A stretch of 64,000 nt of DNA from Nitrospinota bacterium (GCA_029881495.1 JAOUMJ010000002.1:2087-66086), one strand, 5' to 3'; shown: positions 45,103 to 57,772, counted from the first letter of the stretch. Made by a program: numbers and translations. The notes: generated by a model not told the origin, from the letters alone.

Positions 45103-46008
45103 ATGGCACATCGTAATATTTCTCTCATAGCGTTTATTTTGTTATCAACTGTCATGATGTCGTTTTCGAATGTTCGCGCGGAGGAGACGGTTGGAAAAAT
45201 TAAAGCCGACTTCATGAATCATCCCGTGCTGGCCGCCGAAAACTTCAGCGTGGAGATCAAGGATTTCAAGCAGGGTTTCCTGTCTCTCTATATACCGAGG
45301 CACCCAGGCAAAACAATGGACGATATGGAATCATCCTACGGGAAAAAATGGAAGGATTTGATGGAGAAGGCTGAGGCTCTCGCGCTTAAAAATCCCGAGG
45401 TAAGGGACGTAACATGGTTCGTGAAGGGAGATGGGGGTAGCGAAGACGCCATATATTACTATAAGCGACGCTATTTCACTGAATGGACAGCCCACATACA
45501 TATGGGCGGAGGAGAGCTTTCATGGGCTGGTGACACGTCCTGGGATGGCGGCTCGACCAAGGAGGTGTGGGCGTCAAGTTTTGATATAGGGAAGAAAAGC
45601 TGGCCCGCTCTTCTCCACTTCAGCTCCACCGGAACAGCCGCAAGGTTTGCACTGACCGGCGGAAGCGGCGACCGATACCGCGTTCACGAAAGTTCATTCG
45701 GTTTCAGGAGATATTTCTCCTTAATGGGGATCTCGCCGTACCTTGGCGCTGGCGGAACTCTGGTGACTGTAAGCGCGGACTATTACATGAACAGCCAGAA
45801 CAACAATACAAATAACGCAAATATGATCGACGATGTTACTTCTTCGAAAGGTGGATACGTCAATCTCGGAATAATGAAGAAAATGGGAAAATATTTTGAG
45901 GCCGGGATAGACGCCAAGGCAGTGCGAGGCGAAAAGGTTACGGTCGAATTGATTGAAAATGACATCAATTACAACTCGGCATCGGTATTCGTGGGATTCG
46001 GGTTTTAG
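45103..46008 (+). CDS. Secreted protein with C-terminal outer-membrane beta-barrel
   Basis: AGGAGG RBS, signal peptide (VRA|EE), SPYLGAG strand, alternating beta pattern, C-terminal VFVGFGF. Confidence 0.75.
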   Translation: MAHRNISLIAFILLSTVMMSFSNVRAEETVGKIKADFMNHPVLAAENFSVEIKDFKQGFLSLYIPRHPGKTMDDMESSYGKKWKDLMEKAEALALKNPEVRDVTWFVKGDGGSEDAIYYYKRRYFTEWTAHIHMGGGELSWAGDTSWDGGSTKEVWASSFDIGKKSWPALLHFSSTGTAARFALTGGSGDRYRVHESSFGFRRYFSLMGISPYLGAGGTLVTVSADYYMNSQNNNTNNANMIDDVTSSKGGYVNLGIMKKMGKYFEAGIDAKAVRGEKVTVELIENDINYNSASVFVGFGF

Positions 46009-46084
46009 CCGGATAGTATAAAACGCCTGAACGGCGGAAGCCGTTCAGGCATCGGCGACCGGTTTCATGATGAAGCGGATCCGT

Positions 46085-46696
46085 TTAAACGCGTTTCCTC
46101 GCTTCGAAGAGTTTAACCATGTCCAGGTAGATGTTGTATTCCCTCGTAATCCTGAATCCCGCCTTCTCTACATTCTCGCCGGTGCGGCGATTGATGTCGG
46201 GCCCCATAAGCGAAATTAGCGGAGCCATTATATCCATCATTGTTCCAAGGAGCAGGTTCGACGGCCGCACATGCTCGAACATCAGGAGCGTGCCGTCGTC
46301 CTTCATTACCCTGTGCAGTTCGCGAAGGCCTTTCACAGGATCGGGAACGGAGCAGAAGGTGCATGAGGTGACAATCGTATCGAATGATCTGTCCTTGACG
46401 CCTAGTTCCTGCACGTCGGCGTGAAGTAGTTTTACGCCCCTTCCTGTCCTCCGGATCTTTTTTCCGGCCTCTTCAAGCATTTTTTCGGAGAAGTCGACTG
46501 CGGTAAGCTCCACGTTGTCCGGTATGTACGGAAGGTCGAGGCCTGTGCCGACGGCTACAAGCATCACCCTCCCTCTGCACCTGGAGAACCACTCCTTCTT
46601 GAAGCGTCCGTATCTCTTCTCAACGCCGACGCTGAATTTGTCAAAGCCGGGGGCAGACTTGTCCCACTTCGCCGAAGCCTTTTTAACGCTGGTCAT
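46085..46696 (-). CDS. Class I SAM-dependent methyltransferase
   Basis: LVAVGTG, AVDFSEKML, FDTIV.SCTFCSVPDP, FEHV. Start moved to ATG 46696. Confidence 0.88.
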   Translation of the reverse strand: MTSVKKASAKWDKSAPGFDKFSVGVEKRYGRFKKEWFSRCRGRVMLVAVGTGLDLPYIPDNVELTAVDFSEKMLEEAGKKIRRTGRGVKLLHADVQELGVKDRSFDTIVTSCTFCSVPDPVKGLRELHRVMKDDGTLLMFEHVRPSNLLLGTMMDIMAPLISLMGPDINRRTGENVEKAGFRITREYNIYLDMVKLFEARKRV

Positions 46697-47081
46697 CGCT
46701 TTCCGGTCTCGCCGTTTCGCCGTGAAGCTTCGCGTCGTAAATATGGAACACGAATTGAACGACAACGGCGATAATTACACCTGTTATTGTCAGCGAGGCA
46801 AAGGGTATCTCGCCGTCTCCCTTCATCGCGGATATCATCCCGGCGACCATTCCGATTATCATCCCCGGCATGAGGATGTCGAAACTGGTAGAAACGCGGA
46901 TGAACGCGACAAGGACAGGTATCTGCACAAGCATCCCTATAAACATGCCGAGAAACATCGCGATGGCGTGATGGAGAGTGGCTGGGAGTATAAGCGCTGG
47001 GGTAATGGCGGCGAGGATGCCGATGGATATGGAGGCGGTGTAATCGTATAGTCTGAAAAGTCTCAGTTCGTCAGGTTGCAT
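46683..47081 (-). CDS. Hypothetical 4-TM membrane protein
   Basis: Gly/Met-rich hydrophobic helices; overlaps the methyltransferase start. Confidence 0.7.
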   Translation of the reverse strand: MQPDELRLFRLYDYTASISIGILAAITPALILPATLHHAIAMFLGMFIGMLVQIPVLVAFIRVSTSFDILMPGMIIGMVAGMISAMKGDGEIPFASLTITGVIIAVVVQFVFHIYDAKLHGETARPESDDQR

Positions 47082-47178
47082 CAGATTAATATAGCCACTG
47101 TTTTGATCATATGAAAGGGATTTCGGAATTGCGAAAGTGCGTCATGGAAAAGCCGGCCTGCAGGGACTACTATATGGG

Positions 47179-47550
47179 TGGAGGCGGACGGATGGTCGCC
47201 TTGCCGCTTTACCGCGGTGGGGAGGAAAGTCCGGACACCGCAGAGCAGGGCACTTCCTAACAGGAAGCGGGAGCGATCCCAGGGAAAGTACCACAGAAAA
47301 TATACCGCCCGCCTATGGCGGGTAAGGGTGAAATGGCGAGGTAAGAGCTCACCGGGTCTGCGGCGACGCAGGCCGCATGGCAAACCCTGCCCGGTGCAAG
47401 GCCAAATAGGGGAGCGCGCCCCGCAAGGGGCAGGAGGCGGCTCGCCTTCGGCTCCCGGGTAGGCCGCACGACGTTGCCGGCAACGGCAATGCTAGAGGAA
47501 TGACCGTCGCCCCGAAAGGGGTACAGAATCCGGCTTACAGTCCGCCTCCA
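47179..47550 (+). ncRNA. rnpB: RNase P RNA (class A)
   Basis: GAGGAAAGTCCGG, GAAAGTACCACAGAAA, GGGTGAAA..GGTAAGAGC, ACAGAATCCGGCTTA; P1 ends TGGAGGCGGAC/GTCCGCCTCCA. Confidence 0.97.
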
Positions 47551-47640
47551 TTTATTGCTAAACGGATGAGGTTGCATTCAGAGACAGATACAGTGAAATG
47601 ATATTTCCCGCGCCGGGGCAGGGGGCGGTTCGGCAGAGGA

Positions 47641-48363
47641 TCAGCTGGCGGTCTGGAAAAGCCTGGGGGAGTAGAGGAACCTGCTACAGCTTGGGCAGGT
47701 ATGTATGGCGGAGCCGGTGTTTATTTCAACGATCATCTGCGGTCTGACCGTGGTGTTGCAGACGGTGCAGATATCCTCTTTCAGTTCCGAAACCGCGATA
47801 CCAGCCCTGCTTTTGAGAAGGCTGTCATATTTCTTTGCGTATGAGTTGTCGACGCGCGCGTAGATGTCATTCCTGCTTGCTATGAGCGCATCCTTTTCGG
47901 ATTTCACTTCGGCGATGCGGGCGTCGTTCTCCGATTTTATCTTCGAAAACGCTTTTTCTTCTTCGGTGACTTTTTTCTTTAGTTCTTCCTGCTTTGAGGC
48001 GCTGGAGTCTACCTCTTCCATCAGTTCCAGTTGTTCGTCCTCCAACAGGCCTACGGCGGCGGTAAGGTTTTCTATCTCTTTCAGGGCGGCGGTATATTCC
48101 TGATTGGTTTTTATCTCGTGAAGTTTGGTCTTTGCCTTGGCTACGGCGGCATTTTTGTCTTCGACTTCCTTCTCCTTTTGGAGCCGTGATTTCTTTTTCG
48201 CTTCGATCTCCTTCTGGAAAGTCGCAAATTCCTCTTTGGCTTTATCCATATCCATGGAATGTGCCTTGATCTCCTCCGGGAGCGATACGAGAAGGTTGTC
48301 GATAGTTTTTATCTTGTCGTCTATTTTCTGAAGTTCTACCAGCTGTTCAAGTATGTTTACCAC
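47641..48363 (-). CDS. Coiled-coil + C4 zinc-ribbon protein (DUF164 / CT398 / HP0958-like)
   Basis: LVELQKID, long coiled coil with KTNQEY.A..KEIE, CTVC...CPSCSRFLY. Confidence 0.9.
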   Translation of the reverse strand: MVNILEQLVELQKIDDKIKTIDNLLVSLPEEIKAHSMDMDKAKEEFATFQKEIEAKKKSRLQKEKEVEDKNAAVAKAKTKLHEIKTNQEYTAALKEIENLTAAVGLLEDEQLELMEEVDSSASKQEELKKKVTEEEKAFSKIKSENDARIAEVKSEKDALIASRNDIYARVDNSYAKKYDSLLKSRAGIAVSELKEDICTVCNTTVRPQMIVEINTGSAIHTCPSCSRFLYSPRLFQTAS

Positions 48364-48373
48364 GCCTTGTGTC

Positions 48374-49144
48374 CTATAAGTAATCGTACAGTTCTTTTTC
48401 GTTGAAGAGAGTAATTCTAATATTTTTTTTCAATTTTGTCAGATTCTTTTTCAGATAGTTCCCGACAAGCGGAACCATATGCTTTTCGGTGCCGAGATGC
48501 CCGGCATCAATGACCGGAAAGCCGAGTTCGTTACACTCTACTCCGTTGTGATGTTTTACATCGCCCGTTACAAGAATATCTGCTCCTGCTTCAAGCGAGC
48601 CGGTGACAAGATCTCCTCCGCTTCCGGTGCAGACGGCGACATTTTTCACTTTTTTCGCCGGTCCGTAATGCCTTACTCCGGCAAGTGAGAGATTTTTTTT
48701 GACAGTTTCCGCAAATTGGTGCGAATCGACCGTTTTCGATACCTCTCCTATTCTGAAAATGATGCCGTCTCCGGCTACCGCGCGGATCTTTTTAAGGCCG
48801 AGGAGTTCTGCCACATACTGGTTTAGGCCGTTCGGCGCCGAGTCGAGGTTTGTGTGCATAGCGTATAGCGAGATGTTGTTTTTCAGTAGGCGGGCAAGGA
48901 TGTTTCCGGTTGCGCTTTCGATATTGACGGCTTTCAGCGGAGTAAATATGAGAGGGTGATGAACGATTATCAGGTTTGCACCGGTATTTATAGCGGTATC
49001 GACGACATCGCTTGTGGCGTCCAGCGCGACGACGATACCCTTTACGGAGATGTTGCCGCTTCCTGCCAGAAGGCCGATGTTATCAAATGGTGACGCTGAA
49101 GCAGGAGGCGCAAGTTTTTCCAGAAGGGGGATGAGTGTTCTCAC
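48374..49144 (-). CDS. Nif3-like dinuclear metal-centre protein
   Basis: FDNIGLL.G, HHPLIF, HTNLD, VAVCTGSG, TGDVKHH, DAGH..TE. GTG 49144 with GGAG RBS chosen as start. Confidence 0.92.
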   Translation of the reverse strand: MRTLIPLLEKLAPPASASPFDNIGLLAGSGNISVKGIVVALDATSDVVDTAINTGANLIIVHHPLIFTPLKAVNIESATGNILARLLKNNISLYAMHTNLDSAPNGLNQYVAELLGLKKIRAVAGDGIIFRIGEVSKTVDSHQFAETVKKNLSLAGVRHYGPAKKVKNVAVCTGSGGDLVTGSLEAGADILVTGDVKHHNGVECNELGFPVIDAGHLGTEKHMVPLVGNYLKKNLTKLKKNIRITLFNEKELYDYL

Positions 49145-49187
49145 CTGTAGTCTCCGGGGTAATGCAGGAAAGCAGACCCCGGCATTT

Positions 49188-51662
49188 TCATGACCGCGGC
49201 GCGGGCGGGATATATTCCAGAGGAACCTGCCCTTCCTTGAATGATTCAAACATTGCGTTTGGATTATCCGGCGTGGCGAGCGCGCCCGTTTCAGAATCGA
49301 TCCTTACGAAAACGATATTTTGCGGAGGGATGAACGGTGTCTTTGGCGCTTCGTTTACCATGTATTTCATGTAATTTAGCCAGATAGGCGCGGCGGCACG
49401 GGCGCCTGTTTCGTTCATGCCGAGGGTCTCTTCCCTGTCTTTTCCTATCCAGACGCCGCAAACCATCCCAGGAGTGTATCCAATGAACCATGCGTCGAGA
49501 AAATCGTTCGTAGTGCCGGTTTTTCCCCCGGCTGGAACTCCGATGGAGCGGACCGAAGTGGCCGTTCCTTCGGTGACCACCGACCTCATGATGCTGTTCA
49601 TAAGATAGGCTACATCTTCCGGGATAACCTGTTTTGGATTTGGGGCATGTTCTTCGATAACGGTTCCGTCGGGAGCTTCTATCCTGTTTATGAAATACGG
49701 CTCGTTCCTTACCCCGCCGTTGGCAAAAACGCCGAAGACGGACACCATCTCCTGGAGGGTTACGCTGGAAGCGCCGAGCGCGAGGGAGAGATTGTCGTCC
49801 AGGTGGGATTCAATTCCGAGCTTGCGCGCCCAGTCGATGACATACGGGATGCCTATCCTGTCGAGTACCTTTATCGTAACGATGTTTCGTGAATGCGTAA
49901 CCGCCTTGCGGATTGTAGTAGGGCCGAAAAATTTCTGATTGAAGTTGACCGGCTTCCAGTTCTTGAAATCGCTTATATCCTTTTCGAAGATGATCGGAGC
50001 GTCGATAACTATAGTTGCCGGCGTATATCCCTTGTTCAGGGCGGCGGAGTAGATGATCGGCTTGAACGAGGAGCCAACCTGCCGTTTTGCCTGCACGGTC
50101 CTGTTGAAGGAGCTTTTCTCGTAATCATATCCGCCTACCATTGAAAGGATCGAGCCGGTCTTGTAGTCGATGCTTAATATCGCCCCTTGAACGGTCGGCT
50201 CCTGGTCGAGGAAAAAGGCAATGGTGCCATCCTCTTCATTTTCGATGGTTCGCACTTCAATGACGTCCCCCTCATTGAGATTCAATTCGGTGGCATCGGT
50301 AACCCTCTTGGCGAAATAGCCGTCTTCCTCCGGATTTGGTGGATGCGCCCATTTGAATCCAGGTTGTTCGATCAGACGTATATAGCCGTTTATCTCGATG
50401 AGGATATACTCCTTCTCAACCCCTTTTACTATTGCTCGCAACCTTTTTCCCGGTTTGAACCAGTCGTTTTCATCCATGTTTACAAGCTGAGGATTGAGTT
50501 TCTCCCAATTTAGTTGCGGATTGTCCCTGAACTCCTTTTCAGAGTCCCACCCTGTATATCCCTGCCATACGGTTTCAGTTTCAGTCCCTTCCTCGGAATC
50601 GGTATCCGTATCGGAGTCGGTGGATTCCCCGGTCTTTATCGGGTCTATTTCGCCAGTATCCATGTTCCAGCGGCCGACAGGCCCCCGGTATCCGAGCCGT
50701 CTGTCGGTGATCTCTATTCCTCTTTCCAGCGCTTCCTGAGCCTTTTTCTGCCATGAGAGATTCAGCGTGGTTACTATTTTCAGGCCGTTATGGTAGAGGT
50801 TTTTTGTCCCATACTCGTTTTCAATATATCTGCGCACATGCTCGGCGAAGAAGGGGGCCTTGTTCAGTTGCGGTTTTTTCTCGGCCAATTCAATAAAGTC
50901 GTATTTTGCGCTCATTGCTTCGCCTGCCGATATGTATCCAAGCTCGGCCATCCGCACGATAACCAGGTTTTTCCTGTTTTCGGCAGCTTCCATATCGTTA
51001 AAAGGGGAGAAGGCGTTTGGTGATTTTGGAAGCCCGGCGAGGATGGCCATTTCCGCAAGAGAAAGCTCTTCCACCGATTTGTCGAAGTAGAGTTGCGATG
51101 CCGCCTCAACTCCATAACAGCCGTGACCGTAATAAATCTGATTTAGGTATATCTCCAGTATCTCGTTTTTAGTTAGATTCTTTTCAATCTGGAGGGAGAG
51201 GAGAACTTCCTTTATCTTTCTTTTGAAAGTGCGCTCGCGCGTGAGGTATAGGAGCTTGGCGACCTGTTGTGTGATGGTGCTTCCTCCCTGCACGATGGTG
51301 CCTGCCTTGAAATTGACGATCGCCGCTCTGGCGATACCCCACAGGTCTATGCCATGGTGATTGTAAAAGTTGTCATCCTCTATCGCGAGGCTCGCCAGCT
51401 TCATGAGTTCCGGTATTTCATCGAGCGAGCGGAGGATACGCTTTTCTATGTAATATTCCGCGATCTTTTCCTCGGTAACGTCGTATATGGTGGTTATCAG
51501 GGAAGGGGAATAGTTCTTCATCTCCTTTACGTCGGGTATTGCCGCGCTCAGCCTGAAATAGGCCAAAGTAATCATCAGCACGGCCGCGCCAGCGAAAAAA
51601 AAGCTCAGATACGCGATAACGTCCAGGAATTTATTTCTTTTTCCGCTTTTCTTTTTTGTCAT
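49188..51662 (-). CDS. mrcA: Penicillin-binding protein 1A
   Basis: TM, EDDNFYNH.G, QGGSTITQQ, RKIKE, SSFK (SxxK), SRN (SxN), KTGTT. Confidence 0.95.
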   Translation of the reverse strand: MTKKKSGKRNKFLDVIAYLSFFFAGAAVLMITLAYFRLSAAIPDVKEMKNYSPSLITTIYDVTEEKIAEYYIEKRILRSLDEIPELMKLASLAIEDDNFYNHHGIDLWGIARAAIVNFKAGTIVQGGSTITQQVAKLLYLTRERTFKRKIKEVLLSLQIEKNLTKNEILEIYLNQIYYGHGCYGVEAASQLYFDKSVEELSLAEMAILAGLPKSPNAFSPFNDMEAAENRKNLVIVRMAELGYISAGEAMSAKYDFIELAEKKPQLNKAPFFAEHVRRYIENEYGTKNLYHNGLKIVTTLNLSWQKKAQEALERGIEITDRRLGYRGPVGRWNMDTGEIDPIKTGESTDSDTDTDSEEGTETETVWQGYTGWDSEKEFRDNPQLNWEKLNPQLVNMDENDWFKPGKRLRAIVKGVEKEYILIEINGYIRLIEQPGFKWAHPPNPEEDGYFAKRVTDATELNLNEGDVIEVRTIENEEDGTIAFFLDQEPTVQGAILSIDYKTGSILSMVGGYDYEKSSFNRTVQAKRQVGSSFKPIIYSAALNKGYTPATIVIDAPIIFEKDISDFKNWKPVNFNQKFFGPTTIRKAVTHSRNIVTIKVLDRIGIPYVIDWARKLGIESHLDDNLSLALGASSVTLQEMVSVFGVFANGGVRNEPYFINRIEAPDGTVIEEHAPNPKQVIPEDVAYLMNSIMRSVVTEGTATSVRSIGVPAGGKTGTTNDFLDAWFIGYTPGMVCGVWIGKDREETLGMNETGARAAAPIWLNYMKYMVNEAPKTPFIPPQNIVFVRIDSETGALATPDNPNAMFESFKEGQVPLEYIPPAPRS

Positions 51663-52396
51663 TTCATTCTCTTTATCTGTTCATCTCTTAACATTTGCAG
51701 GTCTACCCATGCAAGTTTCTTCATATTCGGCGAGCGGAGCAGAAACGAAGGGTGATAGGTCGGAATAAGCGGGACGCCGTGGTAATCGTGCAGTCTACCC
51801 CGCATATTTCCGATAGATTCATCCGTTTTAAGCAGCGTCTGGGCCGCATGTGTGCCGAGGGCGCATATTATCACAGGTTTCACCGCTTTTATCTGTTCGA
51901 TGAGAAAATGTTCGCATGCCGCCACTTCATCAGGCTTTGGGTCGCGGTTTCCAGGGGGACGGCATTTAAGGACGTTTGCTATGAATACCTCTTCCCTTTT
52001 AAATCCGATTGCCGCGATCATTTTCGTAAGTAGGTTCCCCGCGCGCCCCACGAACGGTTTCCCCTGTTTGTCCTCTTCCTCCCCTGGCGCCTCGCCTACG
52101 AACATTATCCTTGCCTGCGGGTTTCCGGTTCCGAAAACAACCATGTTCCTGGTTTTGTGTAGACCGCATGCTACGCACGCTTCAACTTCCGTTTGCAATG
52201 ACGAGAGGTTAAATGTTCGCGGAGTTTCTGCGGAATCCACCACAGCTACGGGATTCTCACTTTGCCTTTCGACCTGCTTGGCAACCGGTGAGAGAACTGC
52301 GGTATCCCCTTGGGCCGGCTCGACATACTCTATGCCAATCGATTTCAGAAAGGAAAAATATGCAATTCCCTTTTTCAGCGCTTCTTCTTTTTCCAT
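51659..52396 (-). CDS. Uracil-DNA glycosylase family 4
   Basis: CVACGL, GEAPG.EED..G.PFVGRAG, NVLKCRPP.NR, TYHPS. Confidence 0.93.
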   Translation of the reverse strand: MEKEEALKKGIAYFSFLKSIGIEYVEPAQGDTAVLSPVAKQVERQSENPVAVVDSAETPRTFNLSSLQTEVEACVACGLHKTRNMVVFGTGNPQARIMFVGEAPGEEEDKQGKPFVGRAGNLLTKMIAAIGFKREEVFIANVLKCRPPGNRDPKPDEVAACEHFLIEQIKAVKPVIICALGTHAAQTLLKTDESIGNMRGRLHDYHGVPLIPTYHPSFLLRSPNMKKLAWVDLQMLRDEQIKRMK

Positions 52397-52421
52397 CTAG
52401 GGATAAGATTGTACACTTTTT

Positions 52422-53645
52422 TCATCCGCCTTTGCCGAGAACATAGGAATCCTTTGAACCGCTCAGCTGGGTAACCTTATCAAGAACCTTCTGGGCAAGG
52501 ACTCTTTTCGGGAGTCTCCCGGTCTTTTCAAGCTCCTGTGTGCGCGATATGAATGTCAGCTCGTTGAATTCGCTGTCAAATCCGATATCGTTCCTGCTCA
52601 CGTCGTTGAGGCATATAAGGTCGATATTTTTCTTCAGCATTTTTTCCCTGGCGTTTTGTATCCAGTTATCGGTCTCCGCGGCAAACCCTACTATGAATTG
52701 ACCCTTCTTCCTGATCCCGATCTCCTTGAGGATGTCGGGATTTGGCGAAAGCGGGATTGTCATCTCGGCCGTTTCTTTCTTGATCTTCGAGTCGTATATC
52801 TTGGCCGGGCGGAAGTCGGCAACAGCGGCGGCCATAATTAGAATGTCGCATGAGGGGAAGAGATTTGAAACCTCGCTGAACATCTCCTCAGCCTGCCTTA
52901 TGCCGATATTTTTTGTGGTTTCGGGGAGCGGTTCCGAAATGGAGCCGTGGATAAGGGTCACGTCGGCGCCACGTTCCGCGGCGGCAATGGCGATGGCTAT
53001 ACCCATTTTCCCCGATGACCGGTTGGATATATAGCGGACGGAATCTATCGGCTCCTCCGTTCTCCCGGCGGTAACGACGATTTTTTTCCCTTCGAGATCG
53101 TTTTCCAGCCCAAGGCCGTGTTCAACGATGGCAAGTAGTCTTTCCAGGCCGGGAAGCCTCCCTTCACCGGCTTCACCGCATGCCATATCCCCCTCATCGG
53201 GCTGGATGATCTGGCATCCTCTTCGCTTCAGTGTGAGGAGGTTTTCCTTTACCGCGCTGTTGTTGTACATCCGTGGGTTCATCGAAGGGGCGATATAGGG
53301 AGGGGTGACCAGCGCGAGTGATATTGTGGTCAGCGGGTCGTCGGCAATCCCTCCGGCAAGTTTTCCGATGATGTTTGCGGTCGCGGGGGCAATAAGAGCC
53401 ATGTCGTAGTGTAGGCTCTCGGAAAGGTGCAAAAGTGGATCATCCTGATTGCTCCAATCATGAACCCAGACCTTGTTACCGGAAACGGCCTCCATGGTGA
53501 GAGGGGTCACGAATTTTTCCGCACTTCTGGTCATGACAACCCTTACGTCAATACCCTTTTTTTTCAGCATTCTGACGAAATCGGGCATTTTATATGCGGC
53601 TATCCCCCCACTGATGCCAAGAAGCACCTTCTTCCTTCTTCCCAT
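52422..53645 (-). CDS. coaBC: Phosphopantothenoylcysteine decarboxylase/ligase
   Basis: GISGGIAAYK, APATAN, APSMN, MACGEAGEGRL, VTAG.T.E.ID.VRYISN.SSGKMG, GFAAET. Confidence 0.96.
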   Translation of the reverse strand: MGRRKKVLLGISGGIAAYKMPDFVRMLKKKGIDVRVVMTRSAEKFVTPLTMEAVSGNKVWVHDWSNQDDPLLHLSESLHYDMALIAPATANIIGKLAGGIADDPLTTISLALVTPPYIAPSMNPRMYNNSAVKENLLTLKRRGCQIIQPDEGDMACGEAGEGRLPGLERLLAIVEHGLGLENDLEGKKIVVTAGRTEEPIDSVRYISNRSSGKMGIAIAIAAAERGADVTLIHGSISEPLPETTKNIGIRQAEEMFSEVSNLFPSCDILIMAAAVADFRPAKIYDSKIKKETAEMTIPLSPNPDILKEIGIRKKGQFIVGFAAETDNWIQNAREKMLKKNIDLICLNDVSRNDIGFDSEFNELTFISRTQELEKTGRLPKRVLAQKVLDKVTQLSGSKDSYVLGKGG

Positions 53646-53800
53646 TACTACATTGTAACCGAGGGAAATGTCGTTTCAAAATAACATCGTGTTCCTACTC
53701 TGTTTTCTTTTATGACAAAGAGAGTTTGCATGAAGATTCACAGAACCTACATGTGGGAAATGTGGAGGGGGAGGGGAGAGTTTAAGAAAATATAGTTTAG

Positions 53801-53832
53801 AAAAAAAGCCCCGGCAATCTGATTGCCGGGGC
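53801..53832 (-). terminator. Intrinsic terminator of groESL
   Basis: 12-bp inverted repeat GCCCCGGCAATC/GATTGCCGGGGC followed on the minus strand by T7. Confidence 0.88.
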
Positions 53833-53870
53833 GAGGAATGTTTTCCTTTGTGCCTAATCTGGGAGGGGGC

Positions 53871-55544
<1,674 letters not shown>

Positions 55545-55581
55545 TTAAAAGATTGTTGTTTGTTAATAGCTGAAAACCGGT

Positions 55582-55875
55582 TTATGCGATAACTCCAAGG
55601 ATGTCGTCTTCCCTGAGAAGGAGGTATTCCACGTCGTCATATTTGATCTCGGTACCTGCATACTTGCCGTATATCACCTTGTCGCCAACCTTGACCGACA
55701 TAGGCTGAATATTGCCATCATCCTTGGTTCTGCCAGGTCCGACCGCCACAACCGAGCCTTCAACCGGTTTTTCCTTGGCTGTGTCGGGGATGATGATCCC
55801 GCTTTTTCGTACTTCTTCCTCTTTCGAGGGCTGTATAAGAACCCTGTCTCCGAGAGGTTTTATTTTGACTGCCAT
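55582..55875 (-). CDS. groS: Co-chaperonin GroES
   Basis: [38 protein letters not shown] before ATG 55875. Confidence 0.97.
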   Translation of the reverse strand: MAVKIKPLGDRVLIQPSKEEEVRKSGIIIPDTAKEKPVEGSVVAVGPGRTKDDGNIQPMSVKVGDKVIYGKYAGTEIKYDDVEYLLLREDDILGVIA

Positions 55876-55977
55876 TAACTGTCCTCCTAAATAAAATAAG
55901 ATATTTCTTGTTATGGAAAAGGCTTGCGCCCCCCTCTTCACACTTTAAAAACAAGTATATCAATGAGATATACTGCT

Positions 55978-56004
55978 TTAGCACTCAATATGCCAAAGTG
56001 CTAA
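55978..56004. promoter_or_regulatory. CIRCE element (HrcA operator)
   Basis: TTAGCACTC-N9-AAGTGCTAA (1 mismatch to consensus) upstream of groES. Confidence 0.92.
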
Positions 56005-56210
56005 TAAGATAATAATACCCCGTTGGGAAAAAGCAAGCTCCAGGGCAGAAAAAAGTCGCTATTTTTTTCCGAAATTTTGCGAAGGCGGGGGGCGGGGAAA
56101 AGTAAATTATCAAGCGATTCATCCGGTTTTCCGATAAGTGAAAAGAGGGAAATATTTTTTAATGCAGGATTTTAATGTAAAATACCAGAGAAAGAGAACT
56201 ATTTGAAAAG

Positions 56211-57662
56211 ATGAAGAAAAACTACGATTTTGCGATACGTGAATTTGTCCGGCTATCAGACATAGCGACGATATTCCTCTCTTTTTATATCGCATATTCC
56301 ATCCGGGCATCCGAAAAATTTGCTCCGCTTGTTACAAAGTATTTAGGCGCATATTTATCAAATCCGATTTCATTAAACTTTGGAGAAAACGAAGTAGAAA
56401 AGATACTTTGGCTTATTGTTCCTCTCTGGCTTTTCCTGTACTCCTTTTTCCAGACATACTCGTTTGAGAGGACAGATACGTTCTTCAAGATTTTCAGGAA
56501 CCTTTCCAAGGTTCATATAGTTGGCGCTCTTGTTGTCGCGACGTTCATATTTTCAACGAATGCCTGGGAATACAGACGTTCCTTTTATGTTCTTTTCGTT
56601 CTGTTCATCTTTGGATTGTCAGCTTCTATCCGTTTCGTCATTTTAATGGGGATGAGGGTGTTCAGGGCGCATGGAAGGAATACAAATCGGGCAATCATTA
56701 TAGGGAGCGGGCAGAAGGCGTTCCAGATACTTTCCGAGCTGAAGAACCACAGCTACTGGGGATTCAGGCTTGAAGGTCTCGTAACGGAAAAAAGGATAAG
56801 CGAACAGACTATGCTGGGGCAGAAGGTATTGGGCTCCATGGATGATCTCGAGATGATTTTACGCAAGATGCCTATCGACGACGTATTCCTGGCCACCGAA
56901 GAGGGGAAATTCCTCGAATTGAAGGGGCTTTTAAGAATCTGCGAAAACATCGGCGTAAACGTATATCTCATCCCGGATAAATACGATATGGAAATAGCAC
57001 ACTCAACAGTGGGGAATTTCGGTGATCTTGACTATATCTCCTTCTCGACCATTCAAACCAATATTGCCCAGAAAGGGGCGAAGAGAGTCATAGATCTCAT
57101 TCTTTCCATGATGCTGATGCCTCTTTTTGCTGTCGCCTACGTTGTTGTCGGTATTATCATAAAGCTCGATTCCAAAGGGCCTGTTCTCTATAAATCACAA
57201 AGGGTGACCAAAAGCAGGCGGCTATTCACTTTTTACAAGTTCCGCACGATGGATGCCGGCGCGGAGGAGAAGTTCCATCTTGTTTCGCGTGAAAATCAGA
57301 TGGAAGGGCCAATATCGAAGATCAAGGATGACCCGCGCGTAACCAAAGTCGGCAGGTTTTTACGAAAGTATTCCATCGACGAGTTGCCGCAGATACTCAA
57401 TGTTTTAATGGGTGATATGAGCCTCGTCGGGCCTCGTCCTCCTACCGCAGAAGAGGTAGCTCATTACTCCGTTCCGCAACTCCGCAAGCTCAGCATGCAC
57501 CAGGGGATGACCGGTCTTTGGCAGGTAAACGGTAGGGACAAGATAGTCCGTTTTGAGGACAGGTTGAAACTCGACCTGGAGTATATAGACAACTGGTCGC
57601 TCTGGCTCGATATAAAGATAATGCTGAAGACTCCGTTCATCATAGTCAAGGGAGCGATGTAG
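56211..57662 (+). CDS. Polyprenyl-phosphate sugar phosphotransferase (WcaJ/WbaP-like)
   Basis: N-terminal TMs, IIGSG Rossmann segment, KRVIDL, YKFRTM, DDPRVT.VG.FLRKYSIDELPQ, GDMSLVGPRP, TGLWQV. Confidence 0.93.
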   Translation: MKKNYDFAIREFVRLSDIATIFLSFYIAYSIRASEKFAPLVTKYLGAYLSNPISLNFGENEVEKILWLIVPLWLFLYSFFQTYSFERTDTFFKIFRNLSKVHIVGALVVATFIFSTNAWEYRRSFYVLFVLFIFGLSASIRFVILMGMRVFRAHGRNTNRAIIIGSGQKAFQILSELKNHSYWGFRLEGLVTEKRISEQTMLGQKVLGSMDDLEMILRKMPIDDVFLATEEGKFLELKGLLRICENIGVNVYLIPDKYDMEIAHSTVGNFGDLDYISFSTIQTNIAQKGAKRVIDLILSMMLMPLFAVAYVVVGIIIKLDSKGPVLYKSQRVTKSRRLFTFYKFRTMDAGAEEKFHLVSRENQMEGPISKIKDDPRVTKVGRFLRKYSIDELPQILNVLMGDMSLVGPRPPTAEEVAHYSVPQLRKLSMHQGMTGLWQVNGRDKIVRFEDRLKLDLEYIDNWSLWLDIKIMLKTPFIIVKGAM

Positions 57663-57772
57663 GAGACTCTCTCCTGCTGAATCCGTCACATGTTCTTTCT
57701 TTCCGAGGGTATCCCTCGTCAGGAATTTAGTGAAAAAACGGTGTGAGACTCCCCCTTTTAGCGGGGGAGCTG